Shown: piece after piece, positions 1-13,578 of the stretch
Layout of the letters: every line of letters begins with the position of its first letter
Numbering within the stretch: position 1 is the first letter of the stretch
Origin: the human T2T-CHM13v2.0 reference genome, Homo sapiens
Assembly (NCBI RefSeq): GCF_009914755.1
Contig: NC_060927.1
Length of the DNA stretch: 64,000 nt
Reading direction: 5' to 3' (one strand)
The notes under the pieces: generated by a model
Database searches by the model: none
Told to the model about the DNA's origin: nothing
What the model saw: the letters and a program-made list of their open reading frames with translations, nothing else
Program-made: the position numbers and the translations under genes

Positions 1-838
1 TGCACAGCAAAAGAAACTACCATCAGAGTCTACAGGCAACCTACAGAATGGGAGAAATTTTTTGCAATCTACTCGTCTGACAAAAGGCTAATATCCAGAA
101 TCTACAAAGCACATAAACAAATTTACAAGAAAAAAAAACCATCAAAAAGTGGGCAAAGGATATGAACAGACACTTCTCAAAATAAGACATTTATACGGCC
201 AACAGACACATGAAAAAATGCTCATCATCACTGGTCATCAGAGAAATGCAAATCAAAACCGCAATGAGATACCATCTTACCCCAGTTAGAATGGCAATCA
301 TTAAAAAGTCAGGAAACAACTGGTGCTAGAGAGGATGTGGAGAAATAGAATGCTTTTACACTGTAGGTGGGAGTGTAAATTAGTTCAACCATTGTGTAAG
401 ACAGTGTGTCAATTACTCAAGGATCTAGAACTAGAAATGCCATTTGACACCGCAATTCCATTACTGGGTGTATACCCAAAGGATTATAAATCATGCTACT
501 ATAAAGACCCATGCACACGTTTATTGCAGCACTATTCACAATAGCAAAGACTTGGAACCAACCCAAATGTCCATCAGAAATAGACTGGATTAAGAAAATG
601 TGGCACATATACACCATGGAATACTGTGCAATGAGAACACTTGGACACAGAGTGGGGAACATCACACACCGGGGCCTGTCATGGGGTGGGGGGCTGGGGG
701 AGGGATAGCATTAGGAGAAATACCCATTGTAAATGATGAGTTAATGGGTACAGCAAACCAACATGGCACATGTATGCCTGTGTAACAAACCTGCATATTG
801 TGCACATGTACCCTAGAACTTAAAGTATTAAAAAAAAA
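1..838 (+). mobile_element. L1PA (about L1PA6) 3' end: ORF2 C-terminus, 3'UTR and poly(A), with an internal ~133-bp deletion
   Basis: ORF2 motifs ([36 protein letters not shown]), G-rich 3'UTR, and gtaccctagaacttaaagtatt followed by an A tail. Confidence 0.95.
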
Positions 839-849
839 TGGTTCACCTT

Positions 850-1720
850 TTCATTATAGGGTACTGGAATTTCTTCTATATTCTGGGTTTAATTCTTTGG
901 TCAGATATGTGTTGTGAATGTTTTCTCCCAGTTTGTGGCTTGCCTATTTATTTTCTTAACAATAAAAGAAAGAATAATAGAAATTTTTAGATGAATAGAA
1001 GTTTTACCATTTGAATGTTTAGTGCTTGTGCTTTTTTCTAAAAAGCTTGAATTAGCTTTTCAAGTTCCAAAAAAACAACTTGTTTGTACTTTGATTGGAA
1101 TTACATCGTATCTGTAGATTTGTTTGGTGGGAACTGATTCCTGTAATATATTTGTCTTTACCATCCATAGGCATACTATAGTCTTCATTTATTTATGAGT
1201 TTTAAAATATCTTTATAAAAACCAACTTTTTTCTATAAATATCTTGAATGTATTTTGTTGAATTGTTGCCTGTCTGCCTATTACAGTTATTATTTTTTAT
1301 CACTCATATCTTTGTCATGTTTGGGATTTGAATGGGAATTCTGCTAATATTTTATCATTGAATATAATTTTGTTCTTGGTTTTTGGTAGATAACCTTTCC
1401 TACTAATAAAGTTTTCTTCAATTCTTAGTTGGGGAAGGATTTTTTAGAAAATTTACATATTTCATATTTATCAAAGATTTTTTTCTATATCAATTGAAAT
1501 TTTTGTAGTTTTTAAACCCAGGAATGGGGTAAATAATATTAATAGATTTTCTGTTATTAATCTGTCCTGACATTATTGAGATAAACCTGGCTTATTCATG
1601 ATGTATAATCTTTTTGAATACATTGCTGGATTTGGTTTATTTACTTAATGATTTTTAACAATCTTCCTGGGTGAGATTTACGCGTAATTTTTCTTTCCTG
1701 TTCTCTCTTTCCCCAGATTT
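850..1720 (-). mobile_element. Old degenerate L1M fragments
   Basis: T-rich antisense L1-like text (ttgattggaattacatcgtatctgtagat; tttttgaatacattgctggatttgg). Confidence 0.6.
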
Positions 1721-1724
1721 AGTA

Positions 1725-2217
1725 TAGTAGTCTTCTCTTTATCTGTGGTTTTGCTTTCCAGGATTTCAGTTACCCATGGTCAACAGTGGTCTGAAAATAT
1801 TAAGTGAAAATTTTCAGTAAATAACAAGTTATAAGTTTTAAGTGGCATGCTGTTCTGAGAATTTTGATGAAAATCTTCACTGTCTCACTTTCATTCTCTG
1901 TGAATCAACATATTCATGCTGTATGTGCTACCAGCCTGTTAGTTAGTAGCAATCTTACTTATCAGATTGACAGATCACAAGAAGGATGAATACAATATAC
2001 AATACAATAAAATAAAATATTTTGAGAGTGAGAAAGATCACATTTTTATAACTTTTATTACAGCATATTATTATAATTGTTCTATTTTCTTATTAGTTAT
2101 TGTCATTAATCTCTTATGCTACCTAATGTATGAACTAAACTTTATCATAAAGTATGTATATGTATGTATGTATAGGAAAAGACATAGTAATATGTAGGGT
2201 TTGATACTATCCATGGT
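1725..2217 (+). mobile_element. MER44-type (Tigger7-derived) non-autonomous DNA transposon, right end lost
   Basis: Matches the recalled MER44 consensus: tagtagtc..ttatctgtggttttgctttcc..ttcagttacccatggtcaac..gaaaatattaa and ..gacagatcacaagaagga..aactttatcat..tatgtataggaaaa. Confidence 0.8.
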
Positions 2218-2230
2218 ATAGAACACCCTA

Positions 2231-2570
<340 letters not shown>

Positions 2571-3113
2571 TATATATATATTATAAAAATATTTTTTTTA
2601 AAAAAGTGTCCATAGTGCCTTATTGAGAAACACCAAGTGTAGACTATTTTTTTTTTCTAAAATCCTGCAGAGCTTAAAATGCTAGTGGACTAATAAAAAA
2701 TCAGCCGGGTTAAGTGAAAACCCAGAGAATAAGCAAAGCAGTTATGTAAACTAATGTTAAACATGCTGTATCATTTGCAATAAAAGATTTAGTAGTTTAT
2801 GATGAATGAAAAGGCTGCAGTAGTATCGACTCTTCTAGGTAAATCACTCAAGATGGCTCATAGTTTAGTTTAATCCCTCTTTTTAAAAAGTGTCTTGAAA
2901 GTCTGTATCTTAAAACCATGATTCAAAAATTTCCCCTTGAATTTAAGCATATCATGCTAATTTTACCTATATAAAAACATTTCTGATGTGTAGTTTATAT
3001 GTAATAAAATACACCCATTTAAAATATACAATTTAGTGAATTTTTATGGAAGTATATACTCTTAAAATTACCATCACATGATATGAATGTTTCTATCATT
3101 CACAGACATTTTC

Positions 3114-3138
3114 ATTCTTTGTTTTTCTTAATTTCCAA

Positions 3139-3169
<31 letters not shown>

Positions 3170-6100
3170 GTTTAGGGGTACATATGCGGAATGTGCAGCT
3201 TCATTACATAGTTAAGTGTGTGCCATGGTGATTAGCTGCACAGATCATCTCATCACTTAGGTATTAGGCCCAGCATCCATTGGCTGTTCTTCCTGATGCT
3301 GTTTCTCCTGCCACCTCCCATCCTCTACCAGGCCCCAGTTTGTGTTGTTTCCCACCATGTGTCCATGTATTCTCATCATTCAGCTCCCACTTATAAGTGA
3401 GAACATGCGATATTTGGTTTTTTGTTCCTGTGTTAGTTTGCTGAGGACAATGACTTCCAGCTCCATCCATGTCCCTGCAAAGGACATGATCTTGTTCCTT
3501 TTTATGGCTCTGTAGTATTCCACGGTGTATATCAACCACATTTTCTTTATCCAATCTATCATTGTTGGACATTTAGTTGGATTTCATGTCTTTGCTATTG
3601 TGAATAATGCTGTAATGAACACACGTGTGCATGTATCTTTATAATAATGATTTATATTCCTTTGGGTATATACCTAGTAATGTGATTGCTGAGTCAAATG
3701 TATTTCTGGTTCTAGGTCTTTCAGGAATTGCCACACTGTCTTCCACAATGGTTATACTAATTTACACTCCCACCAACACTGTAAAAGTGTTCCTTTTTCT
3801 ACACAACCTCGCCAGCTTCTGTTTTTGTTTTTTTTTCCCCCCTTTTAATAAGCTGTTCTAACTGGTATGAGATGATATCTCATTGTGGTTTTGGTTTGCA
3901 TTTCTCTAATAATCTGTGATGTTGAGCTTTTTTTCATGTTTGTTGGTCACATATATATCTTCTTTTGAGAAGTGTCTGTTCATGTCCTTTGCCCACTTTT
4001 AATGGAGTTGTTTGTTTTTGTGTTGTAAATTTAAGTTCTTTGTAGATGCCGGATATTAGACCCTTGTCAGATGGGTAGATTGCAAAAATTTTCTCCCATT
4101 CTGTAGGTTGTCTGTTTACTCTGATGACAATTTCTTTTGCGTGGAGAAGCTCTTTAGTTTTATCAGATTCCCTATGTCAATTTTTGCTTTTGTTGCAATT
4201 GTTTTTGGTGTCTTTGTCATGAAATCTTTGCCCATGCCTATGTCCTGAATGGTATCACCTAGGTTTTCTTCTAAAGTTTTTATAGTTTCGGGTTTTACAT
4301 TTAAGTCTTTAATCTACCTTGGGATGATTTTTGTATATGGTGTAAAGAAGGGGTCCCATTTCAGTTTTTTGCATATGGCTAGCCAGTTCTCCCAGCACCA
4401 TTTATTAAATAGGGAATCCTTTCCCCATTGCTTGTTTTTGTCAGGTTTGTCAGAGATCAGATGGTGGTAGGTGTGTGGTCTTTCTGGGTTTTCTCTTCTC
4501 TTCCATTGGTCTGTGTGTCTGTTTTTGTAACAGTACCATGCTATTTTGGTTACTGTAGCCTTGTAGTATAATTTGAAGACAGGTAGCATGATGCCTCCAG
4601 CTTTGTTCTTTTTGCTTAGGATTGCCTTGGCTATTGCAGCTTTTTTTGGTTCCATATTAGTTTTAAAATAGTTTTTTCTAATTCTGTGATGAATGTCAGT
4701 GGTAGTTTGATAGCAATAGCATTGAATCTATAAATTGCTTTGGGCAGTATGGTCATTTTAACAATATTGATTCTATCCATGAGCATGGAGTGTTTTTCCA
4801 TTTGTTTGTGTCATGTCTGATTTCTTTGAGCACTGGTTCTTAGTTCTCTTTCAAGAGGTACTTCACCTCCCTTGTTAGCTGTATTCCTAGGTATTTTATT
4901 CCTTTTGTGACAATTGTGAATGGGAATTCATTCATGATTTGGCTCTTGGCTTGCCTGTTATTGACGTAGAGGAATGCTAGTGATTTTTGCACATTGATTT
5001 TGTATCCTGAGACTTTGCTGAAGTTTCTTATCAGCTTAAGCTTTTGGGCTGAGACTATGGTTTTTTTTTTTTTTTTTAATATACAGGATTATGTCATCTG
5101 CAAGCAAAGATAGTTTGAGTTCCTTTCTAGCTATTTGAAGTGGGGTTTTTTTTATATATAGGATTACACCATCTGCAGGCAAAGATAGCTTGAGTTCCTC
5201 TCTATCTATTTGAATGTCCTGTATTTCTTTCCCTTGTCGGATAATCCTGGCCAGAACTTCCAATACTATGTTGAATAGGAGTGGTGAGAGAGGGCATCGT
5301 CTTGTGCCAGTTTTCAAAGGAAATGCTTCCAGCTTTTGCCCATTCAGTTGATATTGGCAATAGGTTTGTCACATATGGCTTTTATTATTTTGAAGTATGT
5401 TTCTTCAATACTTAATTTACTGAGACTTTTCAACATGAAGGGATGTTGAATTTTATTAGAGGCCTTCTCTGCATCTATTGAGATAATCATGTGGTTTTTG
5501 TCTTTAGTTCTGCATATGTGATTAATTTCATTTACTGCTTTGCATATGTTGAACCAGCCTTGCATGCCAGGGATGAAGCCTGCTTGATCGTGGTGGATAA
5601 GCTTTTTGATGTGCTGCTAGATTCAGTTTTCCAGCATGTTGTTGAGCATTTTTGCATCAATGTTCATCAAGGATATTGGCCTGAAGTTTTCTTTTTGTTT
5701 TGTTATATCTCTGCCAGGTTTCAGTAACAGGATGATGCTGGCCTCATAGAATGAGTTAACAGAGGAGTTCCTTCTTTTCTGTTTTTCATAATAGTTTAAG
5801 TAGGAATGGTACCAGCTCTTCTTTCTACCTGTGGTAGAATTCAGCTGTGAATCCATCTGATCCTGGGCTTTTTTGGAGTGGTAGGCTTTTTATTAGTGCT
5901 GCAGTTTCAGAACTCATTATTGGTCTGTTCAGAGATTCAAACTCTTACTGGTTCCATCTTTGGACGATATACGTGTTCAAGAATGTATCCATTCTTCCAG
6001 ATTTTCTCATTTGTATGCATAAAGGTCTTTATAGTATTCTCTGATGGTTGGTTGTATCTATTTTATTAATTTTTTCAAAAAACCAGCTCCTGGATTTGTA

Positions 6101-9100
6101 GATTTTTCAAAGGTTTTTTTTTTTTTTTTTCTGTCTCTGTCTCCTTCAGTTCCATTCTGATCTTGGTTATTTCTTGTGTTCTGCTAGCTTTGGGGTTTGT
6201 TTTCTCTTGGTCCTCTAGTTCTTTTAGTTATTAATTTGAGATGTTTCTGGCTTTTTGATGTGGGCATTTAGTGCTATAAATTTCCCTCTTAACATTGCTT
6301 TAGTTGTGACCCAGAGATTCTGGTATGTTGTATCTTTGGTCTCATTAGTTTCAAAGACATTCTAGATTTCTGCCTTAATTTCGTTATGTACTCAAGAGTC
6401 ATTTAGGAGCAGGTTGTCCAGCTTCCATGTACTTGTATGGCTTTTAGTGAATTTCTTAATCTTGAATTCTAATTTGATTTTGCTGCGGTCTGAGAGACTG
6501 TTATGATTTCAGTTATTTTGCGTTTGCTGAGAAGTGTTTTACTTCCGAATATGTGGTTAATTTTAGAGTAAATGCTGTGTGGTGATGAGAAGAATGTATA
6601 TTCTGTTGTTTCAGGGTGAAGGAGTTCTATGGATACCTATCAGGTCCACTTATTCCAAAGCTAAGTTAATGTCCTGAATATCTTAGTTAATTTTCTGTCT
6701 CTGTGATCTGTCTAATATTGTCAGTGGCTTGTTAAAGTCTCCCATTATTGTTGTGTGGGAGTCTAAATCTCTTTGAAGATCTCTGACCCCTTACTTTATG
6801 AATCTGGGTGCTCCTGCATTGGGTGCATATGTATGTAGGATAGTTAGCTCTTTTTGTTAATTGAACCCTTTACCATTATGTAATCTAGAAGGTCTTTGAA
6901 ATGTAAGAGCATTGTGTAATGCTCTTCTTTGTCTTTTATGATCTTTGTTGGTTTAAAGTTTGTTTTGTCAGAAACTAGGATTCCAACTCCTGCCTTTTGC
7001 TGTTTTCCATTTGCTTGGTAAATTTTCCTCCATGCCTTTATTTTGAGCCTGTAATGAGTCTTTTAAATACAGTGTACCAATGGGTCTTGATTCTGTATCC
7101 ATCTTGCCATTGTGTGTCTTTCATTGGGGCATTTATACCATTTACATTTAAGGATAGCATTGTTCGCCCACTTGCCATAAAAAATGATGAGTTCATGTCC
7201 TTTGTAGGGACATGGATGAAGCTGGAAACCATCATTCTCAGCAAACTATCGTTAAGAACAAAAAACCAAACACCGCATGCTCTCACTCATAGGTGGGAAT
7301 TGAACAATGAGAACACAGGGACACAGGAAGGGGAACATCACACACCAGGGCCTGTTGTGGGGTGCGGGGAGGGGGGAGGGATGGCATTAGGAGATATACC
7401 TAATGTTAAATGACGAGTTAATGGGTGCAGCCCACCAACATGGCACATGTATACATATGTAACAAACCTGCACGTTGTGCACATGTACCTTAAAACTTAA
7501 AGTATAATAAAAAAAAAAAAGGATAGCATTGTTATGTGTAGATTTAATCCTGTCATCATGATGCTAACTGGTTTTTTTGCAGACTTGTTTTTATGGTTAC
7601 TTAAGTGTGTTTTTGTTGTTGCTGGTAATAGTTTGTCCTTTCCATATGTAGTGTGCTTCCTTCAAGAGCCCTTACAAGGCAGGTCTGGTGGTAATGAATT
7701 CTCTCAGCATTTGCTTGTCTGAAGAGGATTTTATATCTTCCTCATTTATGAAGTTTAGTTTGGTCGGATATGAAATTCTGGGTTGGCAATTCTTTTCTTT
7801 AAGAATGTTGAATGTTGCCCCCCTATCTTTTCTGGCTTGTAGGGTTTCTGCTGAGAGGTCCACCGATAGTCTCATGGGCTTCCCTTTGTAGATGAACTGG
7901 CCTTTCTCTCTGGCTGCCCTTAACATTTTTTCTTCATTTTGAACTTGGATAATCTGATAATTATGTCTTGGGGATGATCTTCTCATGGAGAGGTTCTGTG
8001 GGGTTCTCTGCATTTTCTGAATTTGAATGTTGGCCTGTCTTGCTAGGTTGGGGAGTGTCTCCTGGATGATATCCTGAAGTATGTTTTCCAACTTGTTCCA
8101 TTCTCTCCCTCACTTTCAGGTACCCCAATCATTCATAGATTCAGTCTCTTTACATAATCTTGTATTTCTCGGAGGATTGTTCATTCCTTTTCATTCTTTT
8201 TTCTCTATTCTTGTATGCCTGTCCTTATTCAGAAAGCCAGTCTTCTAGCTCTGAGATTTCTTTCCTCCACTTGGTCCATTCTGCCATTAATACTGTGATT
8301 GAATTGTGAGGTTATACTGTGTTTTTCAATTCTAACTGGTCAGTTATGTTCCTCTTTAAACTGGCTCTCAGCTCCTGTATTGTTTTATTCTGATTCTTAG
8401 CTTTTTTGCGTTCATTACAACATGCTCCTTTAGCTCAGCAAAGTTTGTTATTATCCATCTTTTGAATCCTACTTCTGTTATTTCAGGCATCTTAGCCTCA
8501 GCCCAGTTCTGAGCCCCTGCTGGAGAAATGCTGTGGTCATTTGGAGAAAACGGCAATCTGGCTTTTTGAGTTTTCAGGGTTTTGCACTGATTTCAGGGAT
8601 TTGCACTGATTTGCAGGGTTTTGCTCTTCTTTGTGGGATTATCTACCTTCGATTTTTGAGGTTGCTGACCTTTGGATGGGGTTTTGTGGTTTTTCTTCAT
8701 TGTTGTTGTGTATTCTGTTTGTTTATTTTTCTTTTAACAGTCTAGCCTCTCTTCTGTAGGGCTGCTGTGGTCTGCAGGGGATCTGTTTCAGAACCTAGTT
8801 GGCTTTGGTTCTTCCTGTACCTGGAGGTATCACCAGTGAAGGCTGCAAAAAACAAAGATGGCAGCCTGCCCCTTCCTCTAGACCCTCCATCCTAGGGCGG
8901 CACTGACCTATTGCCATCCTGAATGCACCACTTCCCTTGGCTGTGAGTAGATGTTCCCTTAGCTCTATGTCACTCTCAGGTTGGCCATCGCCCCACCCTG
9001 CTTTTCTTCAGTTTTCATGGGTTGTTTCCTAATCAGTACTGTTACACAAACAGACACATAGACCAATGGAAGAGAATAGAGAACCCAGAAATAAGACCAC

Positions 9101-9228
9101 ACACCTACCACCCAATGCGACTATCTGGATATTTCAGTTGAAGGTGCTATATCCACTGGCCCCTTTCATTCCTCTTCGAGAGTGCTTAGGAGCACAGTTG
9201 CTTCTAATCAGCCATCTTGGCACCCTCC
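3114..9228 (-). mobile_element. Near full-length older primate L1 (about L1PA8-L1PA13) with 5'UTR, ORF1 and ORF2 remnants
   Basis: ORF2 pieces (4314-4655, 5036-5856), ORF1 piece 7672-8091 (QPRISYPTKLNF..LREFITTRPAL), 5' end gccaagatggc near 9211-9221. TSD ttcacag[a/g]cattttc at 3099-3113 and 9229-9243. Confidence 0.93.
7165..7518 (+). mobile_element. Short 5'-truncated L1PA3-like insertion nested in the older L1
   Basis: L1 3' terminus (gttaaatgacgag..aacaaacctgcacgttg..taaaacttaaagtataat) plus poly(A). Perfect 15-bp TSD aaggatagcattgtt at 7150-7164 and 7519-7533. Confidence 0.95.
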
Positions 9229-9713
9229 TTCACAGGCATTTTCTCTTGCTCCCTCTGTAGTCCATCTTGCCCTATACCCCAGCTTCAGGCAACCACTAAT
9301 GTGCCTGCCTAGCCTAGGTTAACTTTTTAAGAAACTGCAAAATAGTTTTCTAAAGGCCTAGTACCACTGTACATAGACAGGAGTCACTGTAAATTACTTT
9401 TGTGTGTTTTTTATTTGTGTCTAGCTTTTTTCATTCAGCATTATGATTTTGTGATTCATTCACAATGTTGCATATATCAGCAGTTCCTTTGAATGATAAG
9501 TAATATTCTATTCTATAAATGTATCACATTTTGTTTTTTCACTCACCTGTTAATAAACAGTTGAGTTGTTTTCTGTTTTTGACTGTTACTGTTTCCTGTT
9601 TTTGACTATTACTGGTAAAACTATTATGAGCATTTATATATAGTTCTTTAAGTAGACATGTTTTTGTTATCTGGAAATTGGATGGCTGACTTGTTTTGTA
9701 GGTTTGGATTAAC

Positions 9714-9963
9714 TTTTTTTTTTTTTGAGACAGAGTCTCACTCTGTCTCCCAGGCTGGAGTGCATTAATGTGATCTTGGCTCACTGCAACCTCCGCCTCC
9801 TGGGTTCAAGCAATTCTCCTGCCTCAGCCTCCTGAGTAGCTGGGATTACAGGCATGTGCCACCACGCCTGGCTAATTTTTGTATTTTTAGTAGAGACAGG
9901 GTTTCTCCATGTTGCCAGGGCTGGTCTCAAGCTCTTTGCCTCAAGTGATCCGCCTGCCCAGCT
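9714..9963 (-). mobile_element. AluS with a ~45-bp deletion near its 5' end
   Basis: Antisense Alu. gatccgcctgcc joins directly to cagc. Flanked by ttaactttt repeats. Confidence 0.92.
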
Positions 9964-12900
9964 TAGGTTAACTTTTTAAGAAACTGCAAAATAGTTTTCT
10001 ATAGGCCTAGTACCACACTGTACATTGACAGGTGTCAGGTTGCTCCATATACTTACCAATAGTTGGTATTGTTGTTCTTTCTGATTTTAGTCGTTCTGAT
10101 GGATTTGTAGATGTATTCTACTGTGAGTATAAGTTCCATTTTTCTGATACCTAATAATATTGAGTATCAATTATTTGCTTTTTGGCCACGTGTGTATCTT
10201 CTTTTGTGTAGTGTGTCTAGTCAATATTTCTCCTATTTTAAAAAATCATTTTATTGAGGTATAATTAACATTCAGTAAGCTGCATATATTTAAAAGCATG
10301 CAATTTTATATGTTTTGATTTACCTGTGAAACCATCACAATTAAGATAGTGAACTTATCCTCCATCACTCCTTTGTAATCACCCCCTACCTCGCATCCAC
10401 TCTCCCTCCCTCAGGCACCCACTTATTGTCACTGCAGACTAGTTTGCATTCCTAGAGCTTTCTATAAATAAAATCGCTTACAGGATATGTACTTTCTGTC
10501 TGGCTTCTTTCACTCTGCATAAGTGTTCTGACACTCATGTTGTTGCAAGTATCACTTCTCTTTGTTGCTGAATAGTATTCTATTAAATATTATGGTTTCT
10601 ATGAAACAATTTGACTTTTCATTCACCTAGTGAGGGATATTTTGGTTGTTACCAATTTTTGACTATTACAAAACCAGCTGCTGTGAAAATTCATGTATAA
10701 GTCTTTGTATGGACGTATTCTTTCATTTCTTTTGACAGTAGAATGTGTAGATCTATGGTACATTTATGCTTCACTTTTTTAAATTAAAAATTTATTTTTA
10801 TTTTTTTGGGGCACGTAGTAGGTTTATATATTAATGGAGTACCTGAGATATTTTGATATAGTATATAAAGCGTAATAATCACATCAGAATAAATGGGGTA
10901 TCCATCACCTCAAGCATTTATCCTTTTTGTTACAAACAATTCAATTATACTTTTTGTTATTTTTGAATGTGTAATAAATTATTAATTACTGTAGCGATCC
11001 TCTTGTGCTATCAAATACTCTTTTTCATTCTATCTATATTTCTGTACCCACTAACCATCCTGACTTCCCCCACCACACCCCACTACCGTTCTCAGCCTCT
11101 AGTAAGCATCATTGTACTCTCTCCATGAATTCAATTGTTTTAATTTTTGTCTCCCACAAATAAGTGAGAACATGTGAAGTTTGTCTTTCTGTGCTTGGCT
11201 TATTTCACTTAACATAATGACCGCCAGTTCCAGCTGTGTTATTGTAAATTACAGGATCTCATTCATTTTTATGATTATATAGTACTCTATTGTGTATATG
11301 TTAGCACGTTTTCTTTATCCATTTCTGTGTTGATGGACACTTAGGTTGTTTCCTAATCTTGGCTATTGTGAATAGTGCTGCAATAAACGTGGGAGTGCAG
11401 ATGATCTTGATACAAAAATTTCCTTTCTTTTGGTTATATACCTAGCAGTGGGATTACTGGATTATATGGTAGTTCTATTTTTAGTTTTATGAGGAACCTC
11501 CACACTGTTCTCCATAGTGGTTGTACTAATTTACACTTTCACCAACAGTGTACAAGGCTACCATTTTCTTCACATACTCACCAGCATTTGTTATTGTCTG
11601 TCTTTTGGATAAAAGCCATTTTAACTGGGGTGAGATAATGTTTTGTTGTAGTTTGGATTTGCTTCTCTCTGATGATCAGTGATGTTGAATGGCTTTTCAA
11701 ATACCTGTTTGTCACTTGTATGTCTTCCTTTGAGAAACATCCATTCAAGTCTTTTGCCCACTTTTTAAATCAGATCATAATATTTTTTTCATATTGAGGT
11801 TATTGAGTTCCTTATATATTCTGGTTATTAATCCCTTGTCACATGGATAGTTTGCAGATATTTTCTTTGGGATGCAGATATTTTCCCAATCTTTGGGATG
11901 TCTCTTTACTTTGTTGATTGTTTCCTTTGCTGTGCAGAAGCTTTTTAACTTGATGTAATACCATTTGTCCATGTTTGCTTTGGTTGGCTGTGCTTGTGGG
12001 GTATTAGTCAGGAAATCTTTGCCCAGAACAATGTCCTGGAGAGTTTCTCCAATGTTTTCTTGTAGTACTTTCGTAGTTTGAGGTCTTAAATTTAAGTCTT
12101 TCATTGATTTTGATTTGGTTTTTGTGTATGGTGAGAAATAGGAGCCTAGTTTCATTCTTCTGCATATGGATATCCAGTTTTCCCAGCACTGTCCTTTCTC
12201 CAGTCTATGTTCATGACACCTTTGTTGAAAATGAGTTCGCTGTAGGTGTGTGGATTTGTTTCTGGGCTCTCTATTCTGTTCCATTGGTCTGTGTCTGTTT
12301 GTCTGCAAGTACCATGCTGTTTTGGTTACTATAGCTCTGTAGTTTTATTAAAGTAAGGTTATATGATTCCTCCAGTTTTGTTCTTTTTATTCAGGATGGC
12401 TTTGGGTGTTCTGGATCTTTTGTGGTTTTATATAAATTTTAGGATTTTTTTTCTATTTCTTCAAAAAATTTCATTGGTATTTTAAGAGAGATTGCATTAA
12501 ATCTGTAGATTGCTTTGGGTAGTATGGACATTTTAACAATATTGATTTTTCCAATCCATAAACATGAAATATCTTTCCATTTTGTTATGTCCTCTTCAAT
12601 TTCTTTCACCAATATTTTATAGTGTTCATTATAGAGATCTTTGTTTTTTGGTTAAATTAATTCTTAAGAATTTAATTTTATTTGTGGCTATTGTAAATTG
12701 GATTACTTTCTTGATTTCTTTTTCAGAATGTTCACTTTTGGCATGTAGAAATGCTACTGGTTTTTGTATGTTGGTTTTGTATCTTGCAGCTTTACTGAAT
12801 TTGTTCATCAGTTATTATAGTTTTTTGGTGGAGTCTTTAGGTTATTCCAAATACAAGATCATATCATCTGCAAACAAGGATAATTTGACTTTTCTCATTC

Positions 12901-13272
12901 CAGTTTAGATGCCCTTCATTTTCTTTTCTTGTTTGATTGCTCTAGCTAAGACTTCTATAATTCTGTTGAGTAACAGTGGTGAATGTGTGCATCCTTGTCT
13001 TCTTCCAGATGTTAGAGGAAAGGCTTTCAGTTTGTCCCCATTCAGTATGATGCTAGCTGTGGGTCTGTCATATATGGCTTTTATTACATTGAGATATTTT
13101 CCTTCTGTACCCAGCTTTTTGAGGGTTTTTGTTATGAAGGGATGTTAAATTTTATCAAATGTTTTTTCAGCATTAATTGATTCTGTTGGTATGATGTATC
13201 CTATTGATTGATTTGCATATGTTGAACCATTCTTGCCTCTCCGGGATAAATCTCACTTGGTCATGATGAATG

Positions 13273-13578
<306 letters not shown>

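Noticed and set aside
683-705. G-quadruplex-like tract (also 7359-7380)
   Set aside because: It is the standard polypurine tract of the L1 3'UTR.
8570-8625. Short internal duplications in L1s (also ~11853-11900, ~16963-16990, ~20237-20276)
   Set aside because: Ordinary slippage duplications of 13-20 bp in dead repeats.
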